Assembly: GCA_944325785.1 (NCBI GenBank)
Contig: CALVBN010000001.1
Coordinates: 441,002-505,001, forward strand
From: Candidatus Gastranaerophilales bacterium
GTDB taxonomy: Bacteria > Cyanobacteriota > Vampirovibrionia > Gastranaerophilales > Gastranaerophilaceae
DNA: 64,000 nt
Reading direction: 5' to 3'
The stretch's first letter is position 1, and every line of letters begins with the position of its first letter. This document shows, piece by piece, positions 1 to 9,369 of the stretch. The notes beneath the pieces were generated by a model. That model worked only from the letters and a program-made list of their open reading frames with translations. It searched no databases and was not told the DNA's origin. The translations under genes were made by a program, and so were the position numbers.

Positions 1-180
1 ATTTGTTAGATGACTTCCCTGATTTGCTGTAACTCCACAGCAACGGGCAAAATATTACGGTTTATAAAAATTAACAGTTTAAAGAAAGACGTACTTGCAA
101 AAAAAAATTCAGCAGAATAAAATATTGTTGGTCGAAAAAATTCAAGTTTGGAATCTTGAGAAAAAGAAAGAAGGTTAAAA

Positions 181-381
181 ATGAAAGATGGTATCCATCC
201 AGATTATAAAAAAACTGTTATCAAATGTGTTTGCGGTAACGAAATCGAAACAGGTTCTGTTGTAGACGATATCACAGTTGAAATCTGCTCTAACTGCCAC
301 CCGTTCTACACAGGTCAACAAAAAATTCTTGACTCTGAAGGACGTGTTGAAAGATTCAAAAAACGTTACGGAAACAAATAA
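181..381 (+). CDS. rpmE: 50S ribosomal protein L31 (zinc-binding type)
   Basis: [37 protein letters not shown] signature motifs. Confidence 0.98.
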   Translation: MKDGIHPDYKKTVIKCVCGNEIETGSVVDDITVEICSNCHPFYTGQQKILDSEGRVERFKKRYGNK

Positions 382-403
382 TAGTTTCGTTAAGATTTTA
401 CAT

Positions 404-432
404 AAAAAAGAAGCCTTTATGGCTTCTTTTTT
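404..432. terminator. Rho-independent terminator after rpmE
   Basis: AAAAAAGAAGCC-tttat-GGCTTCTTTTTT stem-loop with T-tract. Confidence 0.85.
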
Positions 433-568
433 ATTGAGCATTAATATATTCGGCAAATCAATGATTTCATTTGAAACATCAAAATGATACAAAAAAATCG
501 CATCCAGCTATGCTGAATAACCTAAAATCCCGGGGACGCCGGACAAAATATATTTACTCCCGAAATAC

Positions 569-598
569 TTGACAGTGTTTCAGATATAAATGTAAAAT
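569..598 (+). promoter_or_regulatory. Putative sigma70 promoter for folK
   Basis: TTGACA (569-574), 18-nt spacer, TAAAAT (593-598) just upstream of the ATG at 605. Confidence 0.5.
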
Positions 599-604
599 TA
601 GATT

Positions 605-1105
605 ATGGCTATTGTCTATTTATCGTTAGGTTCTAATATCGGCGACAGAGTCGGTTATTTACAGCAGGCAACAAGTCTGCTTAATGCTGTGCCGGAAATT
701 AATGTTATTGCAACATCATCCTTTTATGAATCAGAACCGTGGAGAATGAACTCCGAAAACTGGTTTGTGAATGCTGTTGTCCAAATTTCAACAACACTTC
801 CGCCGGATAACTTATTAAGCGAGTGCCAAAGGATTGAAGCTCAGCTTGGAAGAAAAAGAGAACCGCAAAAAGAGTATCAAGACAGAACCATTGATATTGA
901 TATTTTATTTTATGACAATCTGATTTTGCATAATGATAATCTTACAATCCCGCATCCTTTTTTTCATAAAAGAGCTTTCGTTATGGTGCCGATGCTTGAA
1001 ATTGCGCAGGACTTTACCCATCCGCTTTTAAACAAGACTGTTATGCAGTTGTATGAAGAATTAGAAAATCCGGAAATGGTTTTATTGTATGGCACAAGAA
1101 TATAA
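605..1105 (+). CDS. folK: 2-amino-4-hydroxy-6-hydroxymethyldihydropteridine diphosphokinase
   Basis: YLSLGSNIGDR, FVNAVV, RTIDIDILFY, LTIPHP HPPK motifs. Confidence 0.97.
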   Translation: MAIVYLSLGSNIGDRVGYLQQATSLLNAVPEINVIATSSFYESEPWRMNSENWFVNAVVQISTTLPPDNLLSECQRIEAQLGRKREPQKEYQDRTIDIDILFYDNLILHNDNLTIPHPFFHKRAFVMVPMLEIAQDFTHPLLNKTVMQLYEELENPEMVLLYGTRI

Positions 1106-2246
1106 AAACAGTTCCGGTTGCAAAGGTAATATTGCCATTATCGGCGCAGGGGCATCCGGCTGTATGTGTGCATATTTTCTTTTGAAAGCTGGAGCTGATG
1201 TCACACTTTTTGATTTTGGAGAACCGCTTAGAACCTTATTGCCTACGGGCGGAGGGCGGTGTAATCTTGCACATGCGGAATTTGATTTTAGAGAACTTGC
1301 GAAAAATTATCCGCGCGGAGAAAAATTTTTGTATTCTGTTTTTTCACGATTTTCTACCGCAGATACGATAGAACTTTTTGAAAATATCGGGGTAAAAACT
1401 TATATACAGGAAAACGGAAGAATTTTTCCGGAGTCTAACAGCGCAAAAGACGTTCGGAAAAAGATTTTAGAAAATCTTAATAAAGCACAATTTGACAGAG
1501 AAAAGATTAATTCAATTGAACGGATAGAAGGCGGATATAAGCTGGTAGGAACTTCGGCTTATTTCTTTTCTCATGTTGTAATTGCAATCGGCGGGCATTC
1601 TTCTTTTAATATTCTTAAAAATTTTGATATTAAAATTACGGCGCCAAAACCATCGCTAGTCGGCTTAAATACGGATATAAAAATGCCCTCCGGAATTGTT
1701 TTGAAAAATGTTTTATCAAAAGATTTGAATATTAAAGATGACATTTTATTCACGCATTTCGGGATTTCCGGTCCTTTAACCTATACAATTTCATCAATCA
1801 AGGCAAGGGAAGAATTTCCGTATAAACTTACATTTGACCTTTATCCGCAGGAATTTGACCTACAGAAACTGTTAAATACTTACCCCCATAAAGATTTAAA
1901 AAATATACTTGCAGAAATTTTTCCGTTAAATTTTGCCAAAAATATTTTAGGAGAATTAAGCGGAATAAAAGCACATAAAATCAACGGTGCAATGCGGGAT
2001 TCCATTTTAGATAAAATTCATAACTTTGAAGTTACTGTTACGGGTACAAACAGAGGGGAAGAAACCGTAACTGCCGGCGGGGTAAATCTTGATGAAGTTA
2101 ACCCGAAAACAATGGAAGCAAAAAACTTTCCGAATTTGTACTTTACAGGAGAGTGCCTTGATATAGACGGATTCTGCGGAGGGTTTAATCTGCAGAATGC
2201 CTGGTCAACAGCTTTTTCCGCATCTCAAAGTATTTTATCTGATTAA
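1089..2246 (+). CDS. HI0933/BaiN-family NAD(P)/FAD-dependent oxidoreductase
   Basis: IIGAGASG, TGGGRCNL, GRIFP, LFTHFGISGP, VTAGGV, DIDGFCGGFNLQNAWSTA. Confidence 0.93.
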   Translation: MAQEYKNSSGCKGNIAIIGAGASGCMCAYFLLKAGADVTLFDFGEPLRTLLPTGGGRCNLAHAEFDFRELAKNYPRGEKFLYSVFSRFSTADTIELFENIGVKTYIQENGRIFPESNSAKDVRKKILENLNKAQFDREKINSIERIEGGYKLVGTSAYFFSHVVIAIGGHSSFNILKNFDIKITAPKPSLVGLNTDIKMPSGIVLKNVLSKDLNIKDDILFTHFGISGPLTYTISSIKAREEFPYKLTFDLYPQEFDLQKLLNTYPHKDLKNILAEIFPLNFAKNILGELSGIKAHKINGAMRDSILDKIHNFEVTVTGTNRGEETVTAGGVNLDEVNPKTMEAKNFPNLYFTGECLDIDGFCGGFNLQNAWSTAFSASQSILSD

Positions 2247-2879
2247 CAAAATATACCACGGAAAATTATCCGTATTTTCGCCAAAATGAGAGAACTGTAT
2301 CATACCTTTCTTTTTCACATCAATAAAGCCGGCTAAAGGATATGTTTTAAACTTGGCATTGCCGGATGAAAAAGAATAGTGGTAAAAGTTTCTGTCCGTA
2401 TCGTTTAATACAATAATTTTAAAATTCAGTTTTTCTTTCTTTATTTTTAACGAATTGGTATTAGGGCTGAATTCGGAAATTTTTATAATTTTATAATCCG
2501 GAAACAACGTCTGAACCTCTTCCAAAGAAAGTTCTCTGCGGGTTAATTCTCCATCAGCGAGAGTAAAGTCATAAAACTTTAAATCTTGATTGGAATATCC
2601 TATCAAATCGCCTTTATAAATAAATTCATACTGGCATCCGGTATTAAAAGCAAAACTGCCGTCAGAATTATAAAACTCAGAATAGCTTCCGGTTCCGTCA
2701 GATATAAATTTTATAAAATAATCAGTATCTTTTCTTTCGACCTTTGATGTCCATGTATCTTCAAAAACCTTAAGCTTAGTTTCCTCTTTAATATTTTTAT
2801 ACGGAATTGACTGCAAATCTTCTGCCCCTACGGACAAACCTAAGCACATAGCAAATAGAATATAAAAAATCTTTTTCAT
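2235..2879 (-). CDS. Hypothetical secreted protein
   Basis: 214-aa ORF with Sec-like signal peptide (MKKIFYILFAMCLGLSVGA); RBS AGGAGAG. Confidence 0.75.
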   Translation of the reverse strand: MKKIFYILFAMCLGLSVGAEDLQSIPYKNIKEETKLKVFEDTWTSKVERKDTDYFIKFISDGTGSYSEFYNSDGSFAFNTGCQYEFIYKGDLIGYSNQDLKFYDFTLADGELTRRELSLEEVQTLFPDYKIIKISEFSPNTNSLKIKKEKLNFKIIVLNDTDRNFYHYSFSSGNAKFKTYPLAGFIDVKKKGMIQFSHFGENTDNFPWYILLIR

Positions 2880-2941
2880 TATTAATAAACTCTCCTAACT
2901 ATCACATAATTATACAAAAAATATCCTCTTACTTCAACTTT

Positions 2942-3502
2942 TTGAAGGATGAAAGAGAGAATAAAAATTCATATAATACAAATATGAGTTTAGTATCAAA
3001 TTTTATAGGCGGAATTTCCGGCATAAACAATTTAGGGACAAGCGGAATTACTCAAAATTTTGATTTGAGTGATACAACCTTTGCGGAACTTCTGGAAAAA
3101 CAACTCAATAATCAAGAAGAATCCAAAGGAGTAAATTCACTTCTTGGCGCACTTGGCATACCTGCCGGCATGCAAATTGACGGCATGGACGGCGCCGAAT
3201 TTACGGAAACAGCTTTTGACCAGGCAGAAGCATTAGGCGCAAAAACCGACGCTGAAAAAAGTGAAGAAGAAAACCAAAATAATAATATTATAGATTTAAA
3301 CAATGACGGAGAAATTACCAGCTCTGAAGTCCGCACATTTTTCAGCTCCTTGCTGGATAACGGTGCAACAGGACAGGAAGCCCGCTCCGAATTATTTGAT
3401 TTTGCAAAAAGACAGGCTGCAAATTTTTATGACAAATACTCAAAAAATGTCGTAACTAATCTTACAGAATTTGTTGATGATATAAAAGAAAAGATAAGCT
3501 GA
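2942..3502 (+). CDS. Hypothetical acidic protein with one EF-hand-like loop (start may be ATG 2984)
   Basis: DLNNDGEITSSE fits the 12-residue EF-hand loop pattern. Confidence 0.7.
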   Translation: MKDERENKNSYNTNMSLVSNFIGGISGINNLGTSGITQNFDLSDTTFAELLEKQLNNQEESKGVNSLLGALGIPAGMQIDGMDGAEFTETAFDQAEALGAKTDAEKSEEENQNNNIIDLNNDGEITSSEVRTFFSSLLDNGATGQEARSELFDFAKRQAANFYDKYSKNVVTNLTEFVDDIKEKIS

Positions 3503-3662
3503 TTTTAAATTTAGTTTTTGCTGTCTTAAAACGCACATTTTATACCTCATTAAATTTCTGCATGCCAATCAAAAAAATATTTTGCTCAAATTCCCCCTGT
3601 TTGTTTTATAATAAAGTTATTGGAATTTAAATAGCTTTATTTTTGATTAATAAGGAGGTCAA

Positions 3663-4364
3663 ATGGGCAAAATTGAAATTACGCACGAAATCGAAGAAAA
3701 GTGCTGTGTACACCGCGGGGTAAAAGGTGTTCCCGCTCCAATCCCTCAAGAAGGCGAATGGACTAAATGTAAAGAAATTAAAGATATTTCCGGTTTAACA
3801 CACGGATGCGGATGCTGTGCACCTCAGCAAGGTACATGCAAATTAACTTTGAACGTTAAAGATGGTGTTATTCAAGAAGCATTGGTTGAAACTCTTGGTT
3901 GTTCAGGCATGACTCACTCAGCTGCAATGGCTGGTGAAATATTACCTGGTAAAACTATTCTTGAAGCTTTAAACACTGACCTTGTTTGTGACGCAATTAA
4001 CGTTGCTATGAGAGAATTGTTCTTGCAAATCGTTTATGGAAGAACTCAAACAGCTTTCTCTGAAAACGGACTTCCGATAGGTGCAGGACTTGAAGATTTA
4101 GGAAAAGGTCTTCGTTCACAAGTCGGTACTATCCACTCTACAAAACAAAAAGGGGTTAGATATCTTGAACTTGCTGAAGGCTATATCTTAGAACTCGGTC
4201 TTGACAAAAACGATGAAGTAATCGGATACAAATTCGTAAACCTTGGTAAAGTTATGGACGCAATTAAAGCAGGCGTTGATCCTAAGGAAGCTTACGAAAA
4301 GAATATCGGTACTTACGGCAGATTTGCTGATGCTGTTAAGACTATCGATCCGAGAAAAGAATAA
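3663..4364 (+). CDS. NifU/IscU-like Fe-S scaffold-fold protein associated with the GGGtGRT protein
   Basis: CAPQQGTCKLTLNVKDG, VETLGCSGMTHSAAMA, LNTDLVCDAIN; RBS AAGGAGG; adjacent to GGGtGRT gene. Confidence 0.85.
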   Translation: MGKIEITHEIEEKCCVHRGVKGVPAPIPQEGEWTKCKEIKDISGLTHGCGCCAPQQGTCKLTLNVKDGVIQEALVETLGCSGMTHSAAMAGEILPGKTILEALNTDLVCDAINVAMRELFLQIVYGRTQTAFSENGLPIGAGLEDLGKGLRSQVGTIHSTKQKGVRYLELAEGYILELGLDKNDEVIGYKFVNLGKVMDAIKAGVDPKEAYEKNIGTYGRFADAVKTIDPRKE

Positions 4365-4396
4365 GGTGAGCAAAGCTCACAGGGGAGAAGAGGAGA

Positions 4397-4474
4397 AGTT
4401 TAGCAGTTTAGAAGAAAATAAAATTCAATATCTATAACTTCTTCTAAACTTAAAAACTCCTAAACCTCTAAACT
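4397..4474. repeat. Inverted pair of 8-bp tandem arrays (AGTTTAGA-type / CTTCTAAA-type)
   Basis: agtttagc-agtttaga ... cttctaaa-cttaaaaa-ctcctaaa-cctctaaa; same family at 15104-15178. Confidence 0.8.
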
Positions 4475-4516
4475 TTTTAAATTAGTAATGAAAGATAAAA
4501 ATAAGGAAAATAAATT

Positions 4517-5521
4517 ATGACAGTAAAATTTGAAGGACAAGACAGGCGCGAAGCTACTCTTAAAAAAGTTTTACCGGAATACGGATTCAAGTCTTTGGAA
4601 GATGCTCGCGAATTATGCTTATCAAAAGGCATCGATGTAGATGCTATTGTTAAAGGTATTCAGCCTATCGCGTTCGATAACGCTTCTTGGGCTTACACAT
4701 TAGGATGCGCTATTGCAATTAAAAAAGGAATCAAAACTGCTGCAGAAGCTGCTGAAGCTATCGGTATCGGTTTACAAGCTTTTGCTGTACCAGGTTCAGT
4801 CGGCGATACAAGAAAAGTTGGTTTAGGTCACGGAAACTTAGCTGCAATGCTTCTTAGAGAAGAAACTGACTGCTTCTGCTTCCTTGCAGGACACGAATCT
4901 TTCGCAGCTGCAGAAGGCGCTATCGGTATTGCAAGAAACGCTAACAAGGTTAGAAAATCACCTTTAAGAGTTATCTTGAACGGGCTTGGAAAAGACGCTG
5001 CTTATCTTATCGCAAGAATCAACGGATTTACTCATGTTGAAACTGAATACGATTATAAGACAGGCGAATTAAAAGTTGTTAAAGAAACTCCGTTCTCAGA
5101 CGGCGAAAGAGCTAAAGTAAAATGCTACGGCGCTGATGATGTTAATGAAGGTGTTGCCATCATGATTAAAGAAGGCGTTGATGTTTCTATCACAGGCAAC
5201 TCAACTAACCCGACAAGATTCCAGCACCCTGTTGCAGGTACTTACAAAAAATGGTGCTGGGAAAACGGAAGAAAATACTTCTCAGTAGCATCCGGAGGCG
5301 GTACAGGACGTACACTTCACCCAGATAACGTTGCAGCAGGTCCTGCTTCTTACGGTATGACAGATACTATGGGAAGAATGCACGGCGACGCTCAATTTGC
5401 AGGTTCATCTTCAGTTCCTGCTCACGTAGAAATGATGGGCGTTATCGGTATGGGCAACAACCCGATGGTAGGTGCTACAGTTGCAGTGGCTGTTGCTGTA
5501 GAAAATGCTATGAAGGGTTAG
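4517..5521 (+). CDS. GGGtGRT-family protein (function unknown)
   Basis: SGGGTGRTLHPDN hallmark motif; FCFLAGHESFAAAEGAIG. Confidence 0.95.
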   Translation: MTVKFEGQDRREATLKKVLPEYGFKSLEDARELCLSKGIDVDAIVKGIQPIAFDNASWAYTLGCAIAIKKGIKTAAEAAEAIGIGLQAFAVPGSVGDTRKVGLGHGNLAAMLLREETDCFCFLAGHESFAAAEGAIGIARNANKVRKSPLRVILNGLGKDAAYLIARINGFTHVETEYDYKTGELKVVKETPFSDGERAKVKCYGADDVNEGVAIMIKEGVDVSITGNSTNPTRFQHPVAGTYKKWCWENGRKYFSVASGGGTGRTLHPDNVAAGPASYGMTDTMGRMHGDAQFAGSSSVPAHVEMMGVIGMGNNPMVGATVAVAVAVENAMKG

Positions 5522-5543
5522 TAAAATAATAAAATTTTACGAT

Positions 5544-5577
5544 ACAAAAACGGGGCTAAATTTAGCCCCGTTTTTGT
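5544..5577. terminator. Perfect-palindrome terminator after the GGGtGRT gene
   Basis: ACAAAAACGGGGCTAAA/TTTAGCCCCGTTTTTGT. Confidence 0.9.
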
Positions 5578-5919
5578 TTATTTTTAAGCGATATATTACA
5601 GATTTAATCTTAATTGTATAATATTTATGTATATATTTATAAATATTATACTTTAAATAACTTCCAAAATATTAACTTTACGGATTTTCTTTTTTCCAGC
5701 CGTGTTTAAATTAAATAGTATTGTCTGCCCGATATCACCCCATCCCTGCCTTCCCCATCCAGGGAAGGAGCGGTTCGGGCATTATCTGTCCGCAATTATC
5801 AAAACGTCCTCTCCTTGCAGTTCTGTATAAGGACGGAAAAAGCAGTGCTGATAAAATATATATACTCGTCTTTTTAATTTTGGGAAAATCTATGATGCGG
5901 TATAGATTTACCAGATCAT

Positions 5920-6183
5920 TTAGTTCTGTTTAATTGCTTTTAAAAATGCTTGATAAGCATTGTTTATATAATCACTTACACTTTTCCCACCGGATGAAAG
6001 ACTTTCCAAATCGCTCACAAGTCCTTCATGATTGTCATTAAAAGATGTGAGTTCTCCGGCTACATCCCTTTCACCGCCTAGTTCAAACAAGGCTTTTTGC
6101 ATTTCTTGTTTAGATAAAAATCCTTTTTGGTTGTCCGTATCATAAATAGAAAGAATATTAACAATAAGAAGGGCAAATAATGC
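5920..6183 (-). pseudogene. Possible 5'-truncated gene remnant
   Basis: Frame is open from 6183 to the stop at 5920 (ALFALLIVNILSIYDTDNQKGFLSKQEMQK...). There is no start codon before ATG 6102, and the frame begins next to the 6201-6282 dispersed repeat. Confidence 0.3.
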
Positions 6184-6200
6184 CTACAGCTTCCAGATTC

Positions 6201-6282
6201 GGCGTCATTCAGAGGCTCGTAAGAGCCGAAGAATCTCCAATCTCCCGCCTCACCCCTCACTCTTCACCCTTCACGCAAAATA
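6201..6282. repeat. Dispersed composite repeat (GTCATT...GAAGAATCT module plus TCAC heptamer array), copy 1
   Basis: Aligns colinearly by eye with 55871-55951. Confidence 0.8.
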
Positions 6283-6361
6283 TTTTACTTAAACATAGCA
6301 AAATATATTTTTAGGGTTTTTAGTTTAATATGCGACGGATATATTTTAAGGATAAAATCTA

Positions 6362-7525
6362 ATGATAATAAAAGAAACTTATTCAAAAATCCATTTTGGT
6401 TCAGCAGAAAACAGCAAGCACGATAAATCAACTAAGCACAATAACCGGAAAAATGCTGACAAAATACTTATCGGTACAGCTCTCGGTTTAGCCGTCATAA
6501 ATACTGCTCTGCTTGTCAAAAAGCCTTCTCAAAAAAAGGTTGAAGAAATGGTTAAAGATAAGTTTCTGGAAGAGCAGATTAAAAACAGAAAACTCTTGTT
6601 CAGCAAATTTAAATTTGAATCTTTTAAAGATAATGATAAAATTGCTTCTATCGACGATTTGGCAGGATTAGAACAACTCAAAGATTTTATAAATAAACAG
6701 CAGGTTTTATTAAAAAATAAAAACATACAAAAGGAACATAATATAGATAACTTTTCTTCACTGCTTCTCTGGGGCGTCCCCGGGACAGGAAAAACAACTG
6801 CAGTTCTGGGGATTGCCAAAAAACTGGATGCAGATTTTATAAGGCTGGATAAAGAACTGTTTGATTCCGAATTTATTTCAAAAGGTCCGAGGCAGTTAGC
6901 GGAATATTTTAGAAACATTGAGATGCATGCTAAAAACCATAAAGATAAAAATATAGTCGTTTTTATGGATGAAATAGACAGTACAATTTCCGTAGACAGA
7001 GGTTTAGAAGCAAAACAGGATGATGTTCTTGTTAATACATTAAAGCAAGGACTTACGGACTTACAGCAAAAATGCGATAACGTTATATTTATCGGTGCTA
7101 CTAATAAGGACCCGAACGGCATAAAAAGCGACAATACTGCAGTAAGATTAAACAGCGCAGTTTTAAGCAGATTTAACTATCAGTTCGAGCTTAAACTGCC
7201 GGAACCTAAAACAATCCAGGAAGCATGGACAAAATTAATGAAAACAAAAAGCGGAAAGGATAAATTCACCAATAAACAGAATGAAATCATCGCTCAAAAG
7301 TTTGCAGAGCTTGGGATGTCTTTTCGGGATATTAAAAATACGGCAAACAAACTCAATATAGAAGATGCCGTTGAATTTTGCCGAAAGGGAAGCTATAATT
7401 CCAAAGCTAATTTGATTAACGTAATTAAAAATGACGAAAAAACAGGATATGACCACGTCAAAAAGATAGAAATGGATAAGAATAAAAAGGCAAAAATTCT
7501 TGAAGAATTAAAAGCAGGTCTATAA
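6362..7525 (+). CDS. Membrane-anchored AAA+ ATPase (no protease domain)
   Basis: Walker A GVPGTGKT, Walker B VFMDEIDS, IGATN sensor, SRF arginine finger; N-terminal hydrophobic helix. Confidence 0.9.
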   Translation: MIIKETYSKIHFGSAENSKHDKSTKHNNRKNADKILIGTALGLAVINTALLVKKPSQKKVEEMVKDKFLEEQIKNRKLLFSKFKFESFKDNDKIASIDDLAGLEQLKDFINKQQVLLKNKNIQKEHNIDNFSSLLLWGVPGTGKTTAVLGIAKKLDADFIRLDKELFDSEFISKGPRQLAEYFRNIEMHAKNHKDKNIVVFMDEIDSTISVDRGLEAKQDDVLVNTLKQGLTDLQQKCDNVIFIGATNKDPNGIKSDNTAVRLNSAVLSRFNYQFELKLPEPKTIQEAWTKLMKTKSGKDKFTNKQNEIIAQKFAELGMSFRDIKNTANKLNIEDAVEFCRKGSYNSKANLINVIKNDEKTGYDHVKKIEMDKNKKAKILEELKAGL

Positions 7526-7554
7526 AAAATGCTCTCTTGAGAGAGCATTTTTTT
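7524..7554. terminator. Bidirectional terminator
   Basis: AAAAAATGCTCTC-ttga-GAGAGCATTTTTT between convergent genes. Confidence 0.85.
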
Positions 7555-7744
7555 ATTTAAACAAATTTTTAACTTTTGCAGTTAATGTTTTCAATAAACT
7601 TTCCTTTTGAACAACTGTATTTTTATTTTTTGCAAGAGGCGACGGCTTCATAAAATAACCTTCTGTATAACCTCTTTCTTGAATCCTTCTTACAGGTTTG
7701 GATGCTCTGCATGAAGGGGAAAATTGTTTTATCGGAGTTATCAT
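7553..7744 (-). CDS. Small basic hypothetical protein
   Basis: 63-aa ORF with AAGGA upstream of the ATG; shares the terminator with the AAA gene. Confidence 0.55.
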   Translation of the reverse strand: MITPIKQFSPSCRASKPVRRIQERGYTEGYFMKPSPLAKNKNTVVQKESLLKTLTAKVKNLFK

Positions 7745-7793
7745 AATTTTGCGTCCTTTCTATCACTCATAAAAACTCTAAAAAATTTTTTTG

Positions 7794-9056
7794 CTAGTCT
7801 TTATTAAATTCTTCAAAAGTATTTTTTATAACTTCATAGCCTTTAATAAGAGTCTTATAATCTACTTTTTCTTCTGCTGAGTGCATATTATAAACATCAG
7901 CTAAACCGAGAAGCACCGGCATAAAAGTTTCGCCGTCTGCATTTTTATTATGGCAGTAAATATGAGTTTCTGCTCCGGCGTGGAATGATGAAATATCATT
8001 TTTTATCCCCGCTCTTTCGCAGGCTCTTGTATGAACTTTTTCTATCCTGTCATCTTTCGCTCTTTCAAACGGCAGAAGGTGAACTTCGAATTCTATCTCT
8101 GCTTCAGCAAGGCCTTTATATTTTTCGTTAAATTTATCAACAATAGACTGCATCAAGGCTTTTAATTCATTTTCTTTTTCTGCACTTGCGCTTCTGATTG
8201 AATATGATGCCATACCTAGCGTATTAATTATATTTGTAGAAGTTTTTTTCATTATCTCTGTTATGTAGTCATTAGTTTTAATCCCTCTTTCTACTATAGA
8301 AGCAACGGAATTTTGGATGCCTCCTGCAACAATAGCACCTATATTGCAGGAAGTTATAACCCCTGTTTCATCCGAATAATACGCTCCCTGCGGAAATTCT
8401 GCAATAAGTTCTGCAATAAGTTTTGCAGCATTCAACCGTGTTTTATCACCGATATCAATACCAGAATGACCGCCTTTTAGAGCTTTTACGGTAATTTTCG
8501 CGTTTGTATAGCTAGCTCCGGAAATTTGTAACTGCCCGAGCTTATCCGCATCACATACCAGAACGTGTTTAGATTTGATTTTGTTAAATTCTACATGCTC
8601 AATTCCGCTCATGCCGGATTCTTCATCACGTGTAAATGTAATCTCAAGCCCGCCGTGAGCAAATTGTTCTACTTGAAGAGGGCTAGAATGAGGCGCCCCC
8701 GCAAGCTCTTTTGCCAGCATCAAAGCACACGCAACACCTGCTTTATCATCAGCGCCGAGGGTTCTTCCCTCAGCCTTTATAAAATCGCCGTCCAAATAAA
8801 TATTAACAGGACTGTCATCCCCGACAACATCCATATGAGAAGAAAGCATCAGAGGTTCTTTTGAACTGTCAGTTGCCGGAACATTGATATATACATTGCC
8901 ATAGTCATCTTTTCGTCCGTCTATTCCGTTTTCCCTGCAGAAATTAAGTATCCATTCAATAACCTTATCTTCTTTTAAAGACGGAGATGGTATTGAAACC
9001 AGATTACAAAAAATATCTAAAACTTCGTTTTCTTTTCTTAATTTATCTAAACTCAT
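7794..9056 (-). CDS. M20/M25/M40 metallopeptidase (peptidase T-like)
   Basis: SSHMDVV, LGADDKAGVA, FTRDEE, GGHSG, HAGAETH, NMHSAEE. Confidence 0.92.
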   Translation of the reverse strand: MSLDKLRKENEVLDIFCNLVSIPSPSLKEDKVIEWILNFCRENGIDGRKDDYGNVYINVPATDSSKEPLMLSSHMDVVGDDSPVNIYLDGDFIKAEGRTLGADDKAGVACALMLAKELAGAPHSSPLQVEQFAHGGLEITFTRDEESGMSGIEHVEFNKIKSKHVLVCDADKLGQLQISGASYTNAKITVKALKGGHSGIDIGDKTRLNAAKLIAELIAEFPQGAYYSDETGVITSCNIGAIVAGGIQNSVASIVERGIKTNDYITEIMKKTSTNIINTLGMASYSIRSASAEKENELKALMQSIVDKFNEKYKGLAEAEIEFEVHLLPFERAKDDRIEKVHTRACERAGIKNDISSFHAGAETHIYCHNKNADGETFMPVLLGLADVYNMHSAEEKVDYKTLIKGYEVIKNTFEEFNKD

Positions 9057-9162
9057 ACTGCCCCCTATATATCGGATTTTATCATTTAAAAATTTCCACT
9101 ATCAATCATAGTATAAAATAAAAAATTTACAAAAGAGACTTTTTACATTCTAATTTTTCTCA

Positions 9163-9305
9163 CCCCTCACCAAATTTTCTAAGCTCACTCCCGTTCGCTA
9201 AGAAATTCTGCCCTCTCCCGCAAGGGGCGAGGGGACACGCTACATTAGACGAGTAGAGCACCCTACACTTGTGGGAGGGTCGAAATCTCTGATTTCGGGG
9301 AGGGG
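9163..9305. repeat. Pair of GC-rich REP-like palindromes (CCCTCTCCC-loop-GGGGCGAGGG type)
   Basis: ccctctcccgcaaggggcgagggg and ccctacacttgtgggaggg...ggggagggg; related motifs near 5746-5770 and 53427-53462. Confidence 0.7.
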
Positions 9306-9369
9306 TTCAGTTTTTATAAACAAAAATTTTACCGGACAGCAGAGCGCAAAGAGCGGACGGGTTTACTTG

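Noticed and set aside
175-492. Antisense or overlapping ORFs in the track (e.g. 175-492, 6529-7134, 40463-41257, 45327-45917, 58872-59537)
   Set aside because: They are shadows of well-supported genes on the other strand or frame and have no recognisable motifs.
495-545. Riboswitch upstream of folK (GCTGAAT...CCCGGGGACGCC)
   Set aside because: Only fragmentary resemblance to known aptamers, and it lies upstream of the predicted promoter.
2077-2090. GGGGTAAAT copy in the HI0933 gene
   Set aside because: It encodes the conserved family motif AGGVNL, so it is a chance match.
5721-5933. 70-aa ORF in the spacer after the GGGtGRT terminator
   Set aside because: No RBS or motif, and it runs through a REP-like palindrome.
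8655-8705. Repeat-derived insertion in the peptidase (GAPHSSPLQVEQFA)
   Set aside because: It does not match any repeat family seen here and cannot be called an insertion without an alignment.
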